Shown here piece by piece: positions 46,651 through 57,433 of a stretch of 64,000 nucleotides of DNA. The stretch's first letter is position 1; each line of letters starts with the position of its first letter. The translations under genes were made by a program, and so were the position numbers. The stretch comes from Candidatus Hydrogenedentota bacterium (GTDB lineage Bacteria; Hydrogenedentota; Hydrogenedentia; Hydrogenedentales; SLHB01), in contig BTWA01000023.1 in the NCBI GenBank assembly GCA_045863295.1, positions 1 through 64,000 of the forward strand, written 5' to 3'. Under the pieces are notes generated by a model. The model searched no databases and was not told the DNA's origin. It saw nothing but the letters and a program-made list of their open reading frames with translations.

Positions 46651-46667
46651 GAGGCGGCCGCAATTGA
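46646..46667 (-). other. 3'-end fragment of tmRNA (ssrA)/tRNA-like gene, probable att remnant
   Basis: Minus strand TCAATTGCGGCCGCCTCCACCA has a T-loop half, CGCCTCC acceptor strand and ACCA; the 5' T-stem and the rest of the gene are absent. Confidence 0.5.
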
Positions 46668-47113
46668 GGCCTGTGGAGACTAGTTTTGCAGGTCATTGCA
46701 CGCCTGCTATCTACAGTGCACCCAGTGATTCAACACGAATTGGGTTGGCCTCAGCTTTTATTACAATTTATCCGCAATTGCGCACGATTTTGCAGAAAAT
46801 TACTCCCGTTTTGCTACCCTGAAAGCAAGCGCTGACTGACGCGCAAAAGGCTTCCTCGCGAATTCTGATCCATGCAAACACGTTGACCCAAGCAATGTCC
46901 CGTTGGAACTTGGCCGGGTGGGGTAACGAGCACTCAGATTCAAGCCCCGTCCATTCCGTGCCCTAAGCGATGATCGCGAGTATCAGTAAACCAGGCGGCG
47001 CGCGCGACCTACTCGTTCTCTTCTCCCGATCCAGTTTCCGCGGGTTTCAAACAAAGGAGATTTGCCAACTGACCTGAATCCACTGTGGCGGCAATTGGAT
47101 TTGTATGTTCAGA

Positions 47114-48571
47114 TCACTTCCCTTCCGCCGCCCAAGCCTTCATTTGGGCGATGTTCTCCTGGAAAATCCGGGTGCGTTCCGGTTCCCCTTTTCGTGATTC
47201 GAGGTAAAGCGCCATATCGGCGTCGTAGACTGCTTCGGCTTCCGGCGTTTGGCCCTTGTCACCCGTCGCTCGGATCCATGTATCGAGGATGCCGCGCATC
47301 TCGACAAGCGTTTCCACATAGGCGGAATTATCGGCGAGATTATTCAGTTCCCAAGGGTCAGTCTTTCGGTCGTACAGCTCCTCCTTGGGCCGAGGTGTGA
47401 CGAACATGCTCTCCGCCGGATGGCCTGCCAGCTTGCCCTGCGCATACAACTCGCGCAGGCGGATCAAGGTCTCCTTGTCATCCTTGTAGGCGTTTGGCTG
47501 GAGGTGGGGTCGGTGGGTATAGAAATTCCGGATGTAGGTGTAGCGGCCTTTTCGGACGCTACGGAGGCGTTCCACCGTCTCGTCACATCTATCGCGCGCC
47601 GAGATCACGTAATCCCGGGGCCGGGCCTCCGGCCCGAAAAGTGGCCGGCTTTCCAAGTGCTTGGGGATCGGTATGCCGGCAAAATGCATGGACGTGGCGG
47701 CCATGTCGATGTGAGCCACCAAATCATGGCGCGTCGTCCCGCCGGGGACGCGACCGGGAGCCCAGACAATGAAGGGGATTCGCACACCCTCTTCATAAAC
47801 GAATTGCTTGCCCCGTGCGTGGGTGACACCGTGGTCGGTGATGAAGAGGACCACAGTGTTTTCCGCCAACCCCTCCATCTCCAAACGGGCCATAATCTCA
47901 CCCACTTCTCGATCGACGTTCAGGACGGAATTCAGGTACCGTGCCCAATCCTCCCGCATGACCGGATCGTCCGGATAATATGGCGGCAACGTAACCGTCT
48001 CCGGGGAGACTGGATTCTCCACAATCGCCCCGCGCCTCTTGCCACCGCGCAACTGGAACTGCATGAAGAAGGGCTGGTCCGGGTCACGTCCCGACCAATT
48101 GCTCCCGTCGTAGAGGTCGTCCGGGTAGTTGAAGTTGTAATCCGTCTTGCCCGGTTCGTCAGCGTCCGGCCCGGCGCCATTGCAGACATAATAACCGGCC
48201 TCTTTAAAGTACTCGGGAATCGTGCGCACGGGGGCGGGAAGGTCGTGCTTGATCTCCCCGCGGAAGCTTCGGTGGTTGTGCGCGCCGATGGTCGTCTGGT
48301 ACATGCCAGTAATCAGGGCCGACCGGCACGGCGAGCACACCGGACAGGTCACGTAGGCCGAGTCAAAAACCACCCCTTCCCGGGCCAATCGATCCACGTT
48401 TGGCGTCTTTATGGTGGTTTCGCCCTGGTAGCTGAAATGGCAGGACATGTCTTCCGCCACGATCCAGACGATGTTCGGGCGCTGTTGTTCCGCGGCCGCC
48501 CCGCCGGTCGTGCTGCTGAACAGAGACAATGCCCCCGCGCCGCTCGCTTTCAGGAATGATCTTCTACGCAT
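47114..48571 (-). CDS. Sulfatase, Tat-exported
   Basis: 'RRRSFLK', 'CSPCR', 'TDHG'. Confidence 0.93.
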   Translation of the reverse strand: MRRRSFLKASGAGALSLFSSTTGGAAAEQQRPNIVWIVAEDMSCHFSYQGETTIKTPNVDRLAREGVVFDSAYVTCPVCSPCRSALITGMYQTTIGAHNHRSFRGEIKHDLPAPVRTIPEYFKEAGYYVCNGAGPDADEPGKTDYNFNYPDDLYDGSNWSGRDPDQPFFMQFQLRGGKRRGAIVENPVSPETVTLPPYYPDDPVMREDWARYLNSVLNVDREVGEIMARLEMEGLAENTVVLFITDHGVTHARGKQFVYEEGVRIPFIVWAPGRVPGGTTRHDLVAHIDMAATSMHFAGIPIPKHLESRPLFGPEARPRDYVISARDRCDETVERLRSVRKGRYTYIRNFYTHRPHLQPNAYKDDKETLIRLRELYAQGKLAGHPAESMFVTPRPKEELYDRKTDPWELNNLADNSAYVETLVEMRGILDTWIRATGDKGQTPEAEAVYDADMALYLESRKGEPERTRIFQENIAQMKAWAAEGK

Positions 48572-48600
48572 GGTCCTTTGTTTCTCCTTGGGAACTTGCG

Positions 48601-50037
48601 TCACGCTTGCTGCCAGTGAGACTTCCATTGCTCCACGAGAGCCGTTGCGGTTTGGTCCCCTGCCTTCGTCGCCCACACCGTCATTCGGGCTGCCAGGTCG
48701 CGTGCCGCTGCAATCGTTTCAGATTTTCCAAACACGTTGTGTGTATCGGGATCCGGACTCTGACGGTCGTAGAGTTCTGGCGGCCGTGTTGTATTCAGGA
48801 TCAATTTCCATTCTTTGGTGACGACGCACCGCTCTCGCATGTCTGGGTCTTTTCCCTGCGGTTGTTTCTCACCTGAGCCTGTTTTGCCCGAGCCGGTATA
48901 GGGTAGGTTCTGGATGAGAGCGTCATCCCGCCATTGAGAGGCGTTCCCGGACAACAACGATTTCATCGTCTCTCCGTGGAGGCCGTCTGGGGGATTGATT
49001 CCGCATACGTCCAGAATGGTCGGACACAAATCGGCGATGCTGACCACGCTGTCTATGCGAACCCCCTCCGGGAGCGTCCCGGGCATGCTCATGAGGAGTG
49101 GCACATTAGCCGACTGATCATAGCAGAGCCGCTTGTAGTGATCGTTCCAGCGAAAAGGGAAATTCTCGCCGTGATCCGACGTAAATACAACCAGGGTATT
49201 CTCGCGCAATTCCAATTCGTCAAGGAGCGCGAGGAGCCTTCCGATATTCCAGTCCAATCGGTTCACCATAGCGTGATAAACCGCTTGATCATCCGGCTCA
49301 ATTACACCTCGGTAGATCGCGATGTTCTCTTCGGGAGCGTCTTTGGTGGTATGGGGGGGATAGAAAGAAAGCCAGCAAGCGAATTTGCGCTCTTTGTTCT
49401 TACGAATGAAGTCCAGGGCGTAATCGGTCTCCACATCGGGGCGGTACTTCCCGACGACGCTTTCCACTTCATTGGTCACGGTCGGATTGCCGGCGATTCG
49501 TTCCCTGAACTTGCTGTCCATCTCACCAGGCGCCGCGAAGAGGGGCTCTTCTTCAATCCAATGCGGCCAACCCGTGTGATACCCGCGCCACAGGTCAAAA
49601 TAATCAGGGACCGGCTCGACTCCCAAATGCCACTTGCCGATGTAGGCCGTCCTATATCCAGACTCACGCAGTGCGCGCGGCCACGCGAACAAGCCGGGCG
49701 GCAGCGGAATGTTGTTTTCCACCACAGTGGTCGCATTTGGGAACAGTCCGGTCACCATGCTGGATCGGCAAGGGGAACATACCGGCTGGGTCACGTAGCA
49801 CGAGGTGAAGAGCGCACCCCGTTTGGCCAGCGCATCCAAGTGTGGTGTCTGAACGCGATTGTTGCCATAGCAGCCGAGCGTATCCGTTCTCTGCTGGTCC
49901 GTGTTGATAAACACTACATTGGGCGCGGTGTCCGGCGTCTCGGGCTTTTCAAGTGCCTCTGCCTGCCGGCAAGATAGGCCCAGCAAAGTCGCGGTTGTTG
50001 ACCCCAAGAAATAGCGCCTGTTCAATTGAACATCCAT
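48601..50037 (-). CDS. Sulfatase, Tat-exported
   Basis: 'NRRYFL', 'TDQQR', 'CSPCR', 'GKWH', 'SDHG'. Confidence 0.93.
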   Translation of the reverse strand: MDVQLNRRYFLGSTTATLLGLSCRQAEALEKPETPDTAPNVVFINTDQQRTDTLGCYGNNRVQTPHLDALAKRGALFTSCYVTQPVCSPCRSSMVTGLFPNATTVVENNIPLPPGLFAWPRALRESGYRTAYIGKWHLGVEPVPDYFDLWRGYHTGWPHWIEEEPLFAAPGEMDSKFRERIAGNPTVTNEVESVVGKYRPDVETDYALDFIRKNKERKFACWLSFYPPHTTKDAPEENIAIYRGVIEPDDQAVYHAMVNRLDWNIGRLLALLDELELRENTLVVFTSDHGENFPFRWNDHYKRLCYDQSANVPLLMSMPGTLPEGVRIDSVVSIADLCPTILDVCGINPPDGLHGETMKSLLSGNASQWRDDALIQNLPYTGSGKTGSGEKQPQGKDPDMRERCVVTKEWKLILNTTRPPELYDRQSPDPDTHNVFGKSETIAAARDLAARMTVWATKAGDQTATALVEQWKSHWQQA

Positions 50038-50243
50038 TGCTTCAATCCCTCCAAGCCCAATATTATCTATTCGCCCCTTAGCATGCATTTATTGCTCGAA
50101 AGTGCGTTGGACCAGCGGAAGACCGGCTGGTCTGATACGCGAAATGGTCTCGTCTGAGCATAGGAAAAGTGATGAGCATGCGAGGCATGAAAAACAATAT
50201 CGCTTTGTCTTGCGCACGCAAAGCCATAACAAGGATAAACGAA

Positions 50244-51656
50244 ATGACGAACAAAGCTCTAACGCGTAGGGATTTCCTGGGGCTGTCCGCAGCGGCGGCC
50301 AATTTGGCCATTCCAACGCTTTATGGAGATGCCTCCGCCGGCTCAACAGGTGCGATTCAAAAACCAAATATCATATTCATCATGGCGGACGATTTGGGCT
50401 ATGCGGATCTGGGCTGTTATGGTCAGCCCAAAATAAAGACGCCGCATATCGACCGCCTGGCAGCCGAGGGGATGCGGTTCACGCATTGTTACGCGGGGGC
50501 GTCCGTGTGCGCGCCGAGCCGATCCGTGTTAATGACTGGTTTGCATGGCGGCCATACGACGGTACGCGACAATCATGGCGTAAACGCGCCCACACACGAT
50601 GGGGAAGAGGGCCGGATCCCTCTGAAAGAGGACGATGTGACCGTGGCCGAGGTGCTTAAAGAGGCAGGGTATGCCACGGGCATCACGGGCAAGTGGGGCC
50701 TGGGCGAGCCTGGCTCTACGGGCGTTCCAAATGATCAAGGATTTGATGAATGGTTCGGCTACCTGAATCAGTCTCATGCGGCCGACTATTTCACTGACCA
50801 CCTCTGGCGAAACAAGAACCTTCAAACCATTGAAGCAAACGAAGACGGGCGGCGCGGCGCTTATTCCTGCGATCTTTTTTCCGAATTCAGCCTGGACTTC
50901 ATCCGAAAGAACCAGGCGAATCCATTCTTCTTGTATGTGGCCACTACCATTCCCCACAAGAAGCTCGAGGTTCCGGACTTGGAAATCTACACGGAGAAGC
51001 CCTGGCCCGATGAAGCGAAGGTATTTGCGGCGATGGTCACCCGGATGGACACTCATGTGGGGCAGATCATGGACTTGCTCAAGGAACTCGGCCTCGACGA
51101 GAAAACGATTGTCTTCTTCACCTCCGACAACGGTTCGGCCGAGGGCTGGGAGGGGATGTTCGATAGTAGCGGCCCGCTGCGCGATAAGAAGTTCTCCCTC
51201 TACGAAGGAGGCATCCGCTGCCCCATGATTGCACGATGGCCCGGACGGATCCCCGCCGGCGAGGTGAGCGATGCTGTATGGCACTTCGCGGATATCCTGC
51301 CGACCGCCGCCACTCTCGCGGGCGCCCGCGTGCCGAACCGCGTGGACGGCACTAACGTGGCGCCCATTCTCCTTGGCGAAACGGATTCGTTACCCAATAG
51401 ATTCCTTTACTGGGAAAAGCATCGCGACGAACCTGTGCGGCTGGAACAGGCCGTACGCTGGGGCGATTGGAAGGGCATCCGGCTCGGCCTCGACAAGCCT
51501 CTGGAATTGTACAATCTGAAAGATGACATTGCTGAAGAGAACGATGTGTCGTCAAGGCATCCCGATATCGTGTCACATATCGAAAGCTACCTCAATACGG
51601 CCCGGACGCCGTCACCGTATTGGCCTGTGCCGAACGAAACGAAGGAACATCCATGA
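50244..51656 (+). CDS. Arylsulfatase-family sulfatase, Tat-exported
   Basis: 'TRRDFL', 'ADDLG', 'CAPSR', 'SDNG', 'YEGGIR.P'. Confidence 0.93.
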   Translation: MTNKALTRRDFLGLSAAAANLAIPTLYGDASAGSTGAIQKPNIIFIMADDLGYADLGCYGQPKIKTPHIDRLAAEGMRFTHCYAGASVCAPSRSVLMTGLHGGHTTVRDNHGVNAPTHDGEEGRIPLKEDDVTVAEVLKEAGYATGITGKWGLGEPGSTGVPNDQGFDEWFGYLNQSHAADYFTDHLWRNKNLQTIEANEDGRRGAYSCDLFSEFSLDFIRKNQANPFFLYVATTIPHKKLEVPDLEIYTEKPWPDEAKVFAAMVTRMDTHVGQIMDLLKELGLDEKTIVFFTSDNGSAEGWEGMFDSSGPLRDKKFSLYEGGIRCPMIARWPGRIPAGEVSDAVWHFADILPTAATLAGARVPNRVDGTNVAPILLGETDSLPNRFLYWEKHRDEPVRLEQAVRWGDWKGIRLGLDKPLELYNLKDDIAEENDVSSRHPDIVSHIESYLNTARTPSPYWPVPNETKEHP

Positions 51657-51868
51657 CGAACAACATGCGCAATTTCGTCTTCTTCTTCGGAGAGAATTTG
51701 GGCAGGTAAACGTTGCGGTTCACGAGATTTTCAGGCGTGAAAACACCCCAAGCTGAATAGAGGCTGCGTTACCGAACGAGGTATGCCATTCCGTCGTTGG
51801 GTGTAGAAATTATTGCATAGAGCCAATCATCGCTTTTGGTGCACTCCACACCGCCGCCCTTCGCGATT

Positions 51869-53368
51869 TCATTCCGTGTCGAGGTCGGGATTTCGGACAT
51901 CATCCAGCGCAATGGGAACACGCTGATTGACACTGCGCGGGACCACGCGGAAACTGCGAACAACAAGACCGTCAACATGGCGCGCAAAAAGGGCGTACGC
52001 TGGCAAATCGCCAAAGTTGTTGAATTCGGGATAGCCGTCTTCAAGTTCAGGAATGGGCGATTGGATGTTGAGAACTTCCGGAGCTTCCCGGTAAGAGACA
52101 TCAAAGTTCTCAAGACGCACATTACGGATAAGAAGGCCGGGAATGCCGCTTACGATTGCAGGCGACTCCACGTTGTAGGCGGTAACATCCGATACAGTGA
52201 TGTCTTCCAACTTGCCCATTCTGTTTTTGGTGTCCCATCGGTTGCGATTTCCCAGGCGTATGAACAGGGGTGTCATGACGTTTCGGGCTTTGATTCCTTT
52301 GACAGTCACCTTGCTCACGTGCGCGCCGTCGACACTCTCGATGGCTACGGCAGACAGCGACCAAGGCCAGACTTCCTCCGTGAAGAGTTCGCAGTCGGAG
52401 ATATGAACATTGGAAATGTCTGCCCACGTTTCAGTGCCTATCTTTATGCCGTTTGCGGCACTTCGGATCGCACAATCACGCACCTGGACGTTTTCCATAG
52501 GCCGGCTCTTATCTCCATTGAAACCGTTCTTGAGCACGATGCCATCGTCGCCTGTCGAAATGAAACAGTGGGAAACCAGCACGTTACTTGAAGCAACGAT
52601 GTCAATGCCGTCCGTATTCTCGCCGTGGTAATTGTTGTTGATCACCACGTTTTCTACGTTGACCCGGTCGCACAAATGCAGCAAGAGCGTCCAACCAGGG
52701 GAGTTTTCGATAATCAAGTTATCCAGGCGAATATCCGCCGATTCCTGAAACCGGATCAATGGCGATATACGGTACTCCTTCTTCTTGCGTTTGGCATGGC
52801 CGTGCATACGCATCGTTTCGCTCAGATTGAAGGGCTCAGGCGGCGTCACAGGGGGGTGGGCGCGAGGGGGCTGCCACCAGCTGTGGCCATCCCCCGCAAT
52901 CCTTCCGGGGCCCTTAATTCGGACGTTGTGGGAGTCCTCGCAATAGATGAAATGCATTGGATCGTAATGCGCGCGGTCCTGGCTGGCTCTTAAAACGGCA
53001 TTTTTCGCAATGTGCAGCGTGACATTACTCTTAAGGAGAACGGTGCCGCTGACAAAATCTCCCCCCGCAACGCTGACCGTGCCTCCCCCGGCGCGGTGCG
53101 CTGCAAGAATCGCATCATTGATAGCTGTCGTATTGATGGACTTGCCATCACCGACCGCGCCAAAATCTCTAATGTCGTATACTTTGTCATGCAACGTATC
53201 GTCATCAAAGTCAATATACAAATCGTAGGGAACATGGCTCAGAAACTCGCCGGGGGACGGGGTGAAAGGGGGCGTGACCTGGGCGTTGCTTTCTCGCCAA
53301 ACGGAAATTGCAAGAAGACATAGCATGGTAGCCATACAACGCCTCTGTATGAGAATAAGGCTTTGCAT
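51869..53368 (-). CDS. Glycoside hydrolase family 28 (polygalacturonase-like) protein
   Basis: 'DFGAVGDG', 'NTDGID', 'GDDGI.LK', 'IKIG'. Confidence 0.9.
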   Translation of the reverse strand: MQSLILIQRRCMATMLCLLAISVWRESNAQVTPPFTPSPGEFLSHVPYDLYIDFDDDTLHDKVYDIRDFGAVGDGKSINTTAINDAILAAHRAGGGTVSVAGGDFVSGTVLLKSNVTLHIAKNAVLRASQDRAHYDPMHFIYCEDSHNVRIKGPGRIAGDGHSWWQPPRAHPPVTPPEPFNLSETMRMHGHAKRKKKEYRISPLIRFQESADIRLDNLIIENSPGWTLLLHLCDRVNVENVVINNNYHGENTDGIDIVASSNVLVSHCFISTGDDGIVLKNGFNGDKSRPMENVQVRDCAIRSAANGIKIGTETWADISNVHISDCELFTEEVWPWSLSAVAIESVDGAHVSKVTVKGIKARNVMTPLFIRLGNRNRWDTKNRMGKLEDITVSDVTAYNVESPAIVSGIPGLLIRNVRLENFDVSYREAPEVLNIQSPIPELEDGYPEFNNFGDLPAYALFARHVDGLVVRSFRVVPRSVNQRVPIALDDVRNPDLDTE

Positions 53369-54153
53369 TGATATACCTTTCGAGAATTGTCCCCACTAGG
53401 ATTTTTCGTACTCACTTCGCGGTCACGTTGGTCAATAATACATCGCTAAAGGCGGTCGATACATTATCGCGCCGTCGACAGAGGGTCTCGAAGTGGTTTA
53501 ACACGGCCTAGAACAGATCTTCGGCAATCCAAGCCGCCGGCCTCTTGTTTGCGTTTTTGGTCGCATTGTTGGTGGCAGGGTAGCGCAAATAGCGCTGAGC
53601 TGGGTTCGGTATACACAGACGCCGCCGCCTACACTGCTCAATCCAACGCCAAGGGTTTAACAGGGCGGACAGAATGCGTCAGGGCCTCTCCCAGTTCGAT
53701 GCCCACTACTCCAGGGAGCGCAATCATCAAGGTCTCGGAAATCGTCTCACTACACCGGGCGAGGAACTCGGCTGCACCGAAGGTCAAATCGCTTGCCGTA
53801 ATCTCATCAGCGGTAGGCTCCGCTACTACTACCCGCAGGCACCATGCTCGCCCCTCCTCGCGCTTTCTGTTTCATAAGCGAACGATGCCTACGCCATGCG
53901 TCCAATGGCAGCGGCGCAAACGCACCAAATCACGATCGAGTAACAAGCCAACAATCGGCCTTAGGCGGTCCGTCTCACAAGGCTGTGATCATCGACTGAA
54001 ATTACTTGCCATACATCTTGCTCAAACCACTCCAGAACGCGTACATTATTCTCTGCGGACGCTACACCTTTACACCCCCCCGCGTCACTTTTGGGCCGCT
54101 ATTAACAGATTGACATCTCGTCGACGGGGTGCAACAACCAGAGGTCTCAGCCA

Positions 54154-55788
54154 GTGCATAAATCCTCAGCGCTCTCAAGAAGGCAATTCGTTGCGCTGGG
54201 CGCGGGACTCGCGGCGGGCGCCGTAACTACGGGCGCGAAAGAGCCTTCCCCACTGAAAACAGCCGACGTGTGCGTGTACGGCGCAACGGCAAGCGGAATT
54301 ATGGCGGCCCTCGCGGCATCGCGGGAAGGTTGCACGGTCATCGTGGTAGAGCCCAGCCGCTGGCTCGGCGGCATGACTGGGGGCGGCATCAGCAAGATTG
54401 ACTGGGGACGCGAGGAGGCTGTCGGGGGCACAGCGCGCACCATTCTCGAGCATCAATACAACAACGCCCAGTACCGCGACGCATTTCAGGCGCTTGTGGC
54501 GGAGCACGGCATAGAGGTTGTCTTCGAGCACCGTCTCAATTCCGTTCGCCGCGACGGCGCGCGCATTACACAAATCACGTTCGATTATGCGCCTCCCGAT
54601 AAGCTCGGCTGTCCCCCGCCGCTGCCGAAAGAACGCGAATCCGCTGTGGTGCAGGCATCCGTATTTATTGACTGCTCCTACGAAGGCGACGTGATGGCGG
54701 CGAGCGGGGTCGACTACACATACGGGCGCGAGTCAGTTGAACAATATGGCGAATCCCTGGCGGGCGTGCGGCCGAATCTGTGGGTATACGACATCGATCC
54801 CTATGTGCGGCCGGGCGAGCCCGCGAGCGGCCTGCTGCCCTGTATTCAGGATCGCGAAATGCCCCCCCTTGGCGCCGCCGACAAACTCACCATGGGCTAC
54901 TGCTTTCGCTACAAGCTTGACCTTTCAGGCAAAGGCTTGCCCATCGAGCCCACGGATACCTATGACCCTGCTCAGTTCGAGGTCTATCGCAGGGGGCTTG
55001 CGCAGGGCATGGATCTGCAGCGCTCGCGCAAGATGCCGCGCCTCGGCGAGATTGTCGAGGGCAATGGCCATGTCTACAGGGAGGGGCAGGGGAACACGTA
55101 TCGGGCCTTGTTGACGACTACGGTTTTCGGTAGCAATGCCGAGTATCCCGACGGGAATTGGGAGACGCGCGCGCGAATCTGGAAGTTTCACCAGGACTTC
55201 TTCCGGAACCTCACCCAATTCCTGCGAACCGATCCAGTCGTGCCTGAAGCGCTGAAAGAGCTGGCTTTGCGCGCGTCGTTTCAACGCGGCATCTTCGACG
55301 ATACGCAGGGCTGGCCGCATCAGCTGTACGTGCGCGAGGCGCGGCGCATGGTTTCCGAATACGTTGTTGCGCAGAAGGACCTCGAAGGCAAAACCGACCC
55401 CGAGCGCTCAATCGGCCTGGCATCGTACGGCGTAGATGACTGGCCCTACGCAACCATCGCCGTCGACGGCAAGGTGGCCTTTAGCGGCGGCGAGTTTTCC
55501 ATTCTCTATCTGGACGAGAAGCACAGGGGCATCTACAAGATTCCCTACGACGCGATCACGCCCCGGCGCGGTCAATGCGAAAACCTGCTTGTGCCTGTCT
55601 GCTGCTCCGCGAGCCATATTGCGATGACTTCCCTGCGCATGGAACCGGTCTGGATGATTCTCGGTGAATCAGCGGGCGTGGCGGCGGCCCTTGCATCGCG
55701 CGAGCGCATGAGTGTGCAAGACGTTTCCTACAGCACGCTGCGCGAAAAGCTGCTCGCGCTGGGACAATGGCTCGAGCGTCCGGCGTAG
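54154..55788 (+). CDS. FAD-dependent oxidoreductase, Tat-exported
   Basis: 'SRRQF', 'VYGATASG', 'LGGMTGGG', 'IDCSYEGD', 'YVREARR', 'SLRMEP'. Confidence 0.88.
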   Translation: MHKSSALSRRQFVALGAGLAAGAVTTGAKEPSPLKTADVCVYGATASGIMAALAASREGCTVIVVEPSRWLGGMTGGGISKIDWGREEAVGGTARTILEHQYNNAQYRDAFQALVAEHGIEVVFEHRLNSVRRDGARITQITFDYAPPDKLGCPPPLPKERESAVVQASVFIDCSYEGDVMAASGVDYTYGRESVEQYGESLAGVRPNLWVYDIDPYVRPGEPASGLLPCIQDREMPPLGAADKLTMGYCFRYKLDLSGKGLPIEPTDTYDPAQFEVYRRGLAQGMDLQRSRKMPRLGEIVEGNGHVYREGQGNTYRALLTTTVFGSNAEYPDGNWETRARIWKFHQDFFRNLTQFLRTDPVVPEALKELALRASFQRGIFDDTQGWPHQLYVREARRMVSEYVVAQKDLEGKTDPERSIGLASYGVDDWPYATIAVDGKVAFSGGEFSILYLDEKHRGIYKIPYDAITPRRGQCENLLVPVCCSASHIAMTSLRMEPVWMILGESAGVAAALASRERMSVQDVSYSTLREKLLALGQWLERPA

Positions 55789-55834
55789 AAAAGCAAGGAT
55801 CCCATCCTGTGGCAGGAAATTGAAAGGAGAAGCC

Positions 55835-57319
55835 GTGAGGAAAGTCCTCCTGCTGGCGACAACTGTGGCCGTGCTCGCTCTGCTTACGCAGCGTGCTCAA
55901 GCCCAGGCAAAAACAGGAACAATTGAAGGGGACTTGCAGAGCAATCTTTCCCTTCTGAACCTTTTTGGAGAACAGCCGGAACCAGTACAGCAACTGTACT
56001 CGGCCGCGTACGCCGTGCTGGCTTCGAAACCACACGCGAACTTCGCGGACGTCGCGGGTGATCCGGAGGTCCGCCGCATTTGCGAAGAAAACGGCATCTT
56101 AAGCTTCGGCGGCCCCATGCTTGGTTCGATTGCGCCGGACGGCGCAAAGATCTGGGTGCGGACCACAGCGCCGGCTAGGGTGGAGGTCCGGGTCATTGTA
56201 GATGGCGAGGAAAAGTCCTATGGACCCGTGATGTCATCGGATGAAACTGATTTGACGGCGGTTGTGCCCGTAACCGGCCTGGCGCCGGCCACCCGATACC
56301 CTTACGGCGTGCTGATTGACGGTGCGCCCATCGACATTCCTGGGCACGCTGTCATCAGTACGGCCCCGGAGCCGTCCAAAACAGGCAAAGTACGGATCGC
56401 CTTCGGTAGCTGCTTTCACCGTTGGGGATTGGGCAACAACGCCTTCGCCGACCGTATCCGCGGCCGCGATCCCGCCGCGCTGCTGCTGATGGGCGACATC
56501 GCCGTACAGGATAGAAACAATCATCTCGGACTGCACCGGGCCGACTACCTGCTGCGGGATTTCCATCCGGCATGGCGGAGCCTCGTCGCCTCAGTCCCGG
56601 TGTACGCGACTTGGGACGATCACGACTATTTCGACAACGACAAAGCCGGTATTCCTTCAGAATTCAGCGCAAAGGACCGGGACGACGTTCGCCGCGTGTT
56701 TGAGCAAGCCTGGAACAACCCCACCTACGGATTCTCCGATGATCGGGGCGGCATCTTCCTCCGTACACGCATCGGCTCCTGCGATGTCATCATGCTCGAC
56801 AACAGGTACTTCCGGACAGGGCAGAAGGGGTCCTTTCTGGGCGAGGAACAGATGCAATGGCTTGAAAAGCAACTGCTCGACTGCCAAGGCCCTTTTATCA
56901 TACTGTCGTGCGGTACCATGTGGAGCGACTATGTCTCCGGCGGCAAGGATTCCTGGGGGATTTGGGATCCGGACGGGCGCGAACGAATCTTCGGACTCAT
57001 CGAGAAGAATCGCATTGGCGGAGTGTTGCTCATCTCCGGCGACCGGCATGGCGCGCGGGTTTTCACCATCCCGCGGCCTTCGGGCTACAAGTTTTATGAA
57101 TTCGAGCCCGCAAGTCTGGGTGGCCGCGGCGACGGACCACCCGCTACCGATCCTGAGTGGAAGACACAACTCTCTGGTGTGATAGGCGAATATGCCTTTG
57201 GCGAGTTTACGCTTGATGCTACCGTCCCGGACCCCGTGGCCGTGTACCGGCTCGTCCGATATGACGGTGAGGTGCTCTATAGTATTGAACTTACCCGGAG
57301 CAAATTGACCCCTCCGTAG
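55835..57319 (+). CDS. Alkaline phosphatase D (PhoD) family protein
   Basis: 'IAFGSC', 'GD', 'WDDHD', 'LDNRYFR', 'SGDRH'; AGGAG RBS before GTG 55835. Confidence 0.9.
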   Translation: MRKVLLLATTVAVLALLTQRAQAQAKTGTIEGDLQSNLSLLNLFGEQPEPVQQLYSAAYAVLASKPHANFADVAGDPEVRRICEENGILSFGGPMLGSIAPDGAKIWVRTTAPARVEVRVIVDGEEKSYGPVMSSDETDLTAVVPVTGLAPATRYPYGVLIDGAPIDIPGHAVISTAPEPSKTGKVRIAFGSCFHRWGLGNNAFADRIRGRDPAALLLMGDIAVQDRNNHLGLHRADYLLRDFHPAWRSLVASVPVYATWDDHDYFDNDKAGIPSEFSAKDRDDVRRVFEQAWNNPTYGFSDDRGGIFLRTRIGSCDVIMLDNRYFRTGQKGSFLGEEQMQWLEKQLLDCQGPFIILSCGTMWSDYVSGGKDSWGIWDPDGRERIFGLIEKNRIGGVLLISGDRHGARVFTIPRPSGYKFYEFEPASLGGRGDGPPATDPEWKTQLSGVIGEYAFGEFTLDATVPDPVAVYRLVRYDGEVLYSIELTRSKLTPP

Positions 57320-57433
57320 AGGGGGACCTGGCAAGGGCTGGATTCGAACCCGCGAAGTTCGGTACTTGCACAGCAAGGTCGAAAGCTATGAAGCAAGTAC
57401 CTATCCGCGAATATATCACCGGTCCGACGGTGG

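Noticed and set aside
46646..46760. Complete tRNA or tmRNA gene
   Set aside because: Only the 3' 22 nt resemble one; the upstream sequence cannot form the T-stem or the remaining arms.
53549..54226. 225-aa plus-strand ORF in the GH28/FAD-oxidoreductase gap
   Set aside because: TTG start, S/R/T-rich with no motifs, and overlaps the next gene; the gap may hold a decayed gene but I could not identify one.
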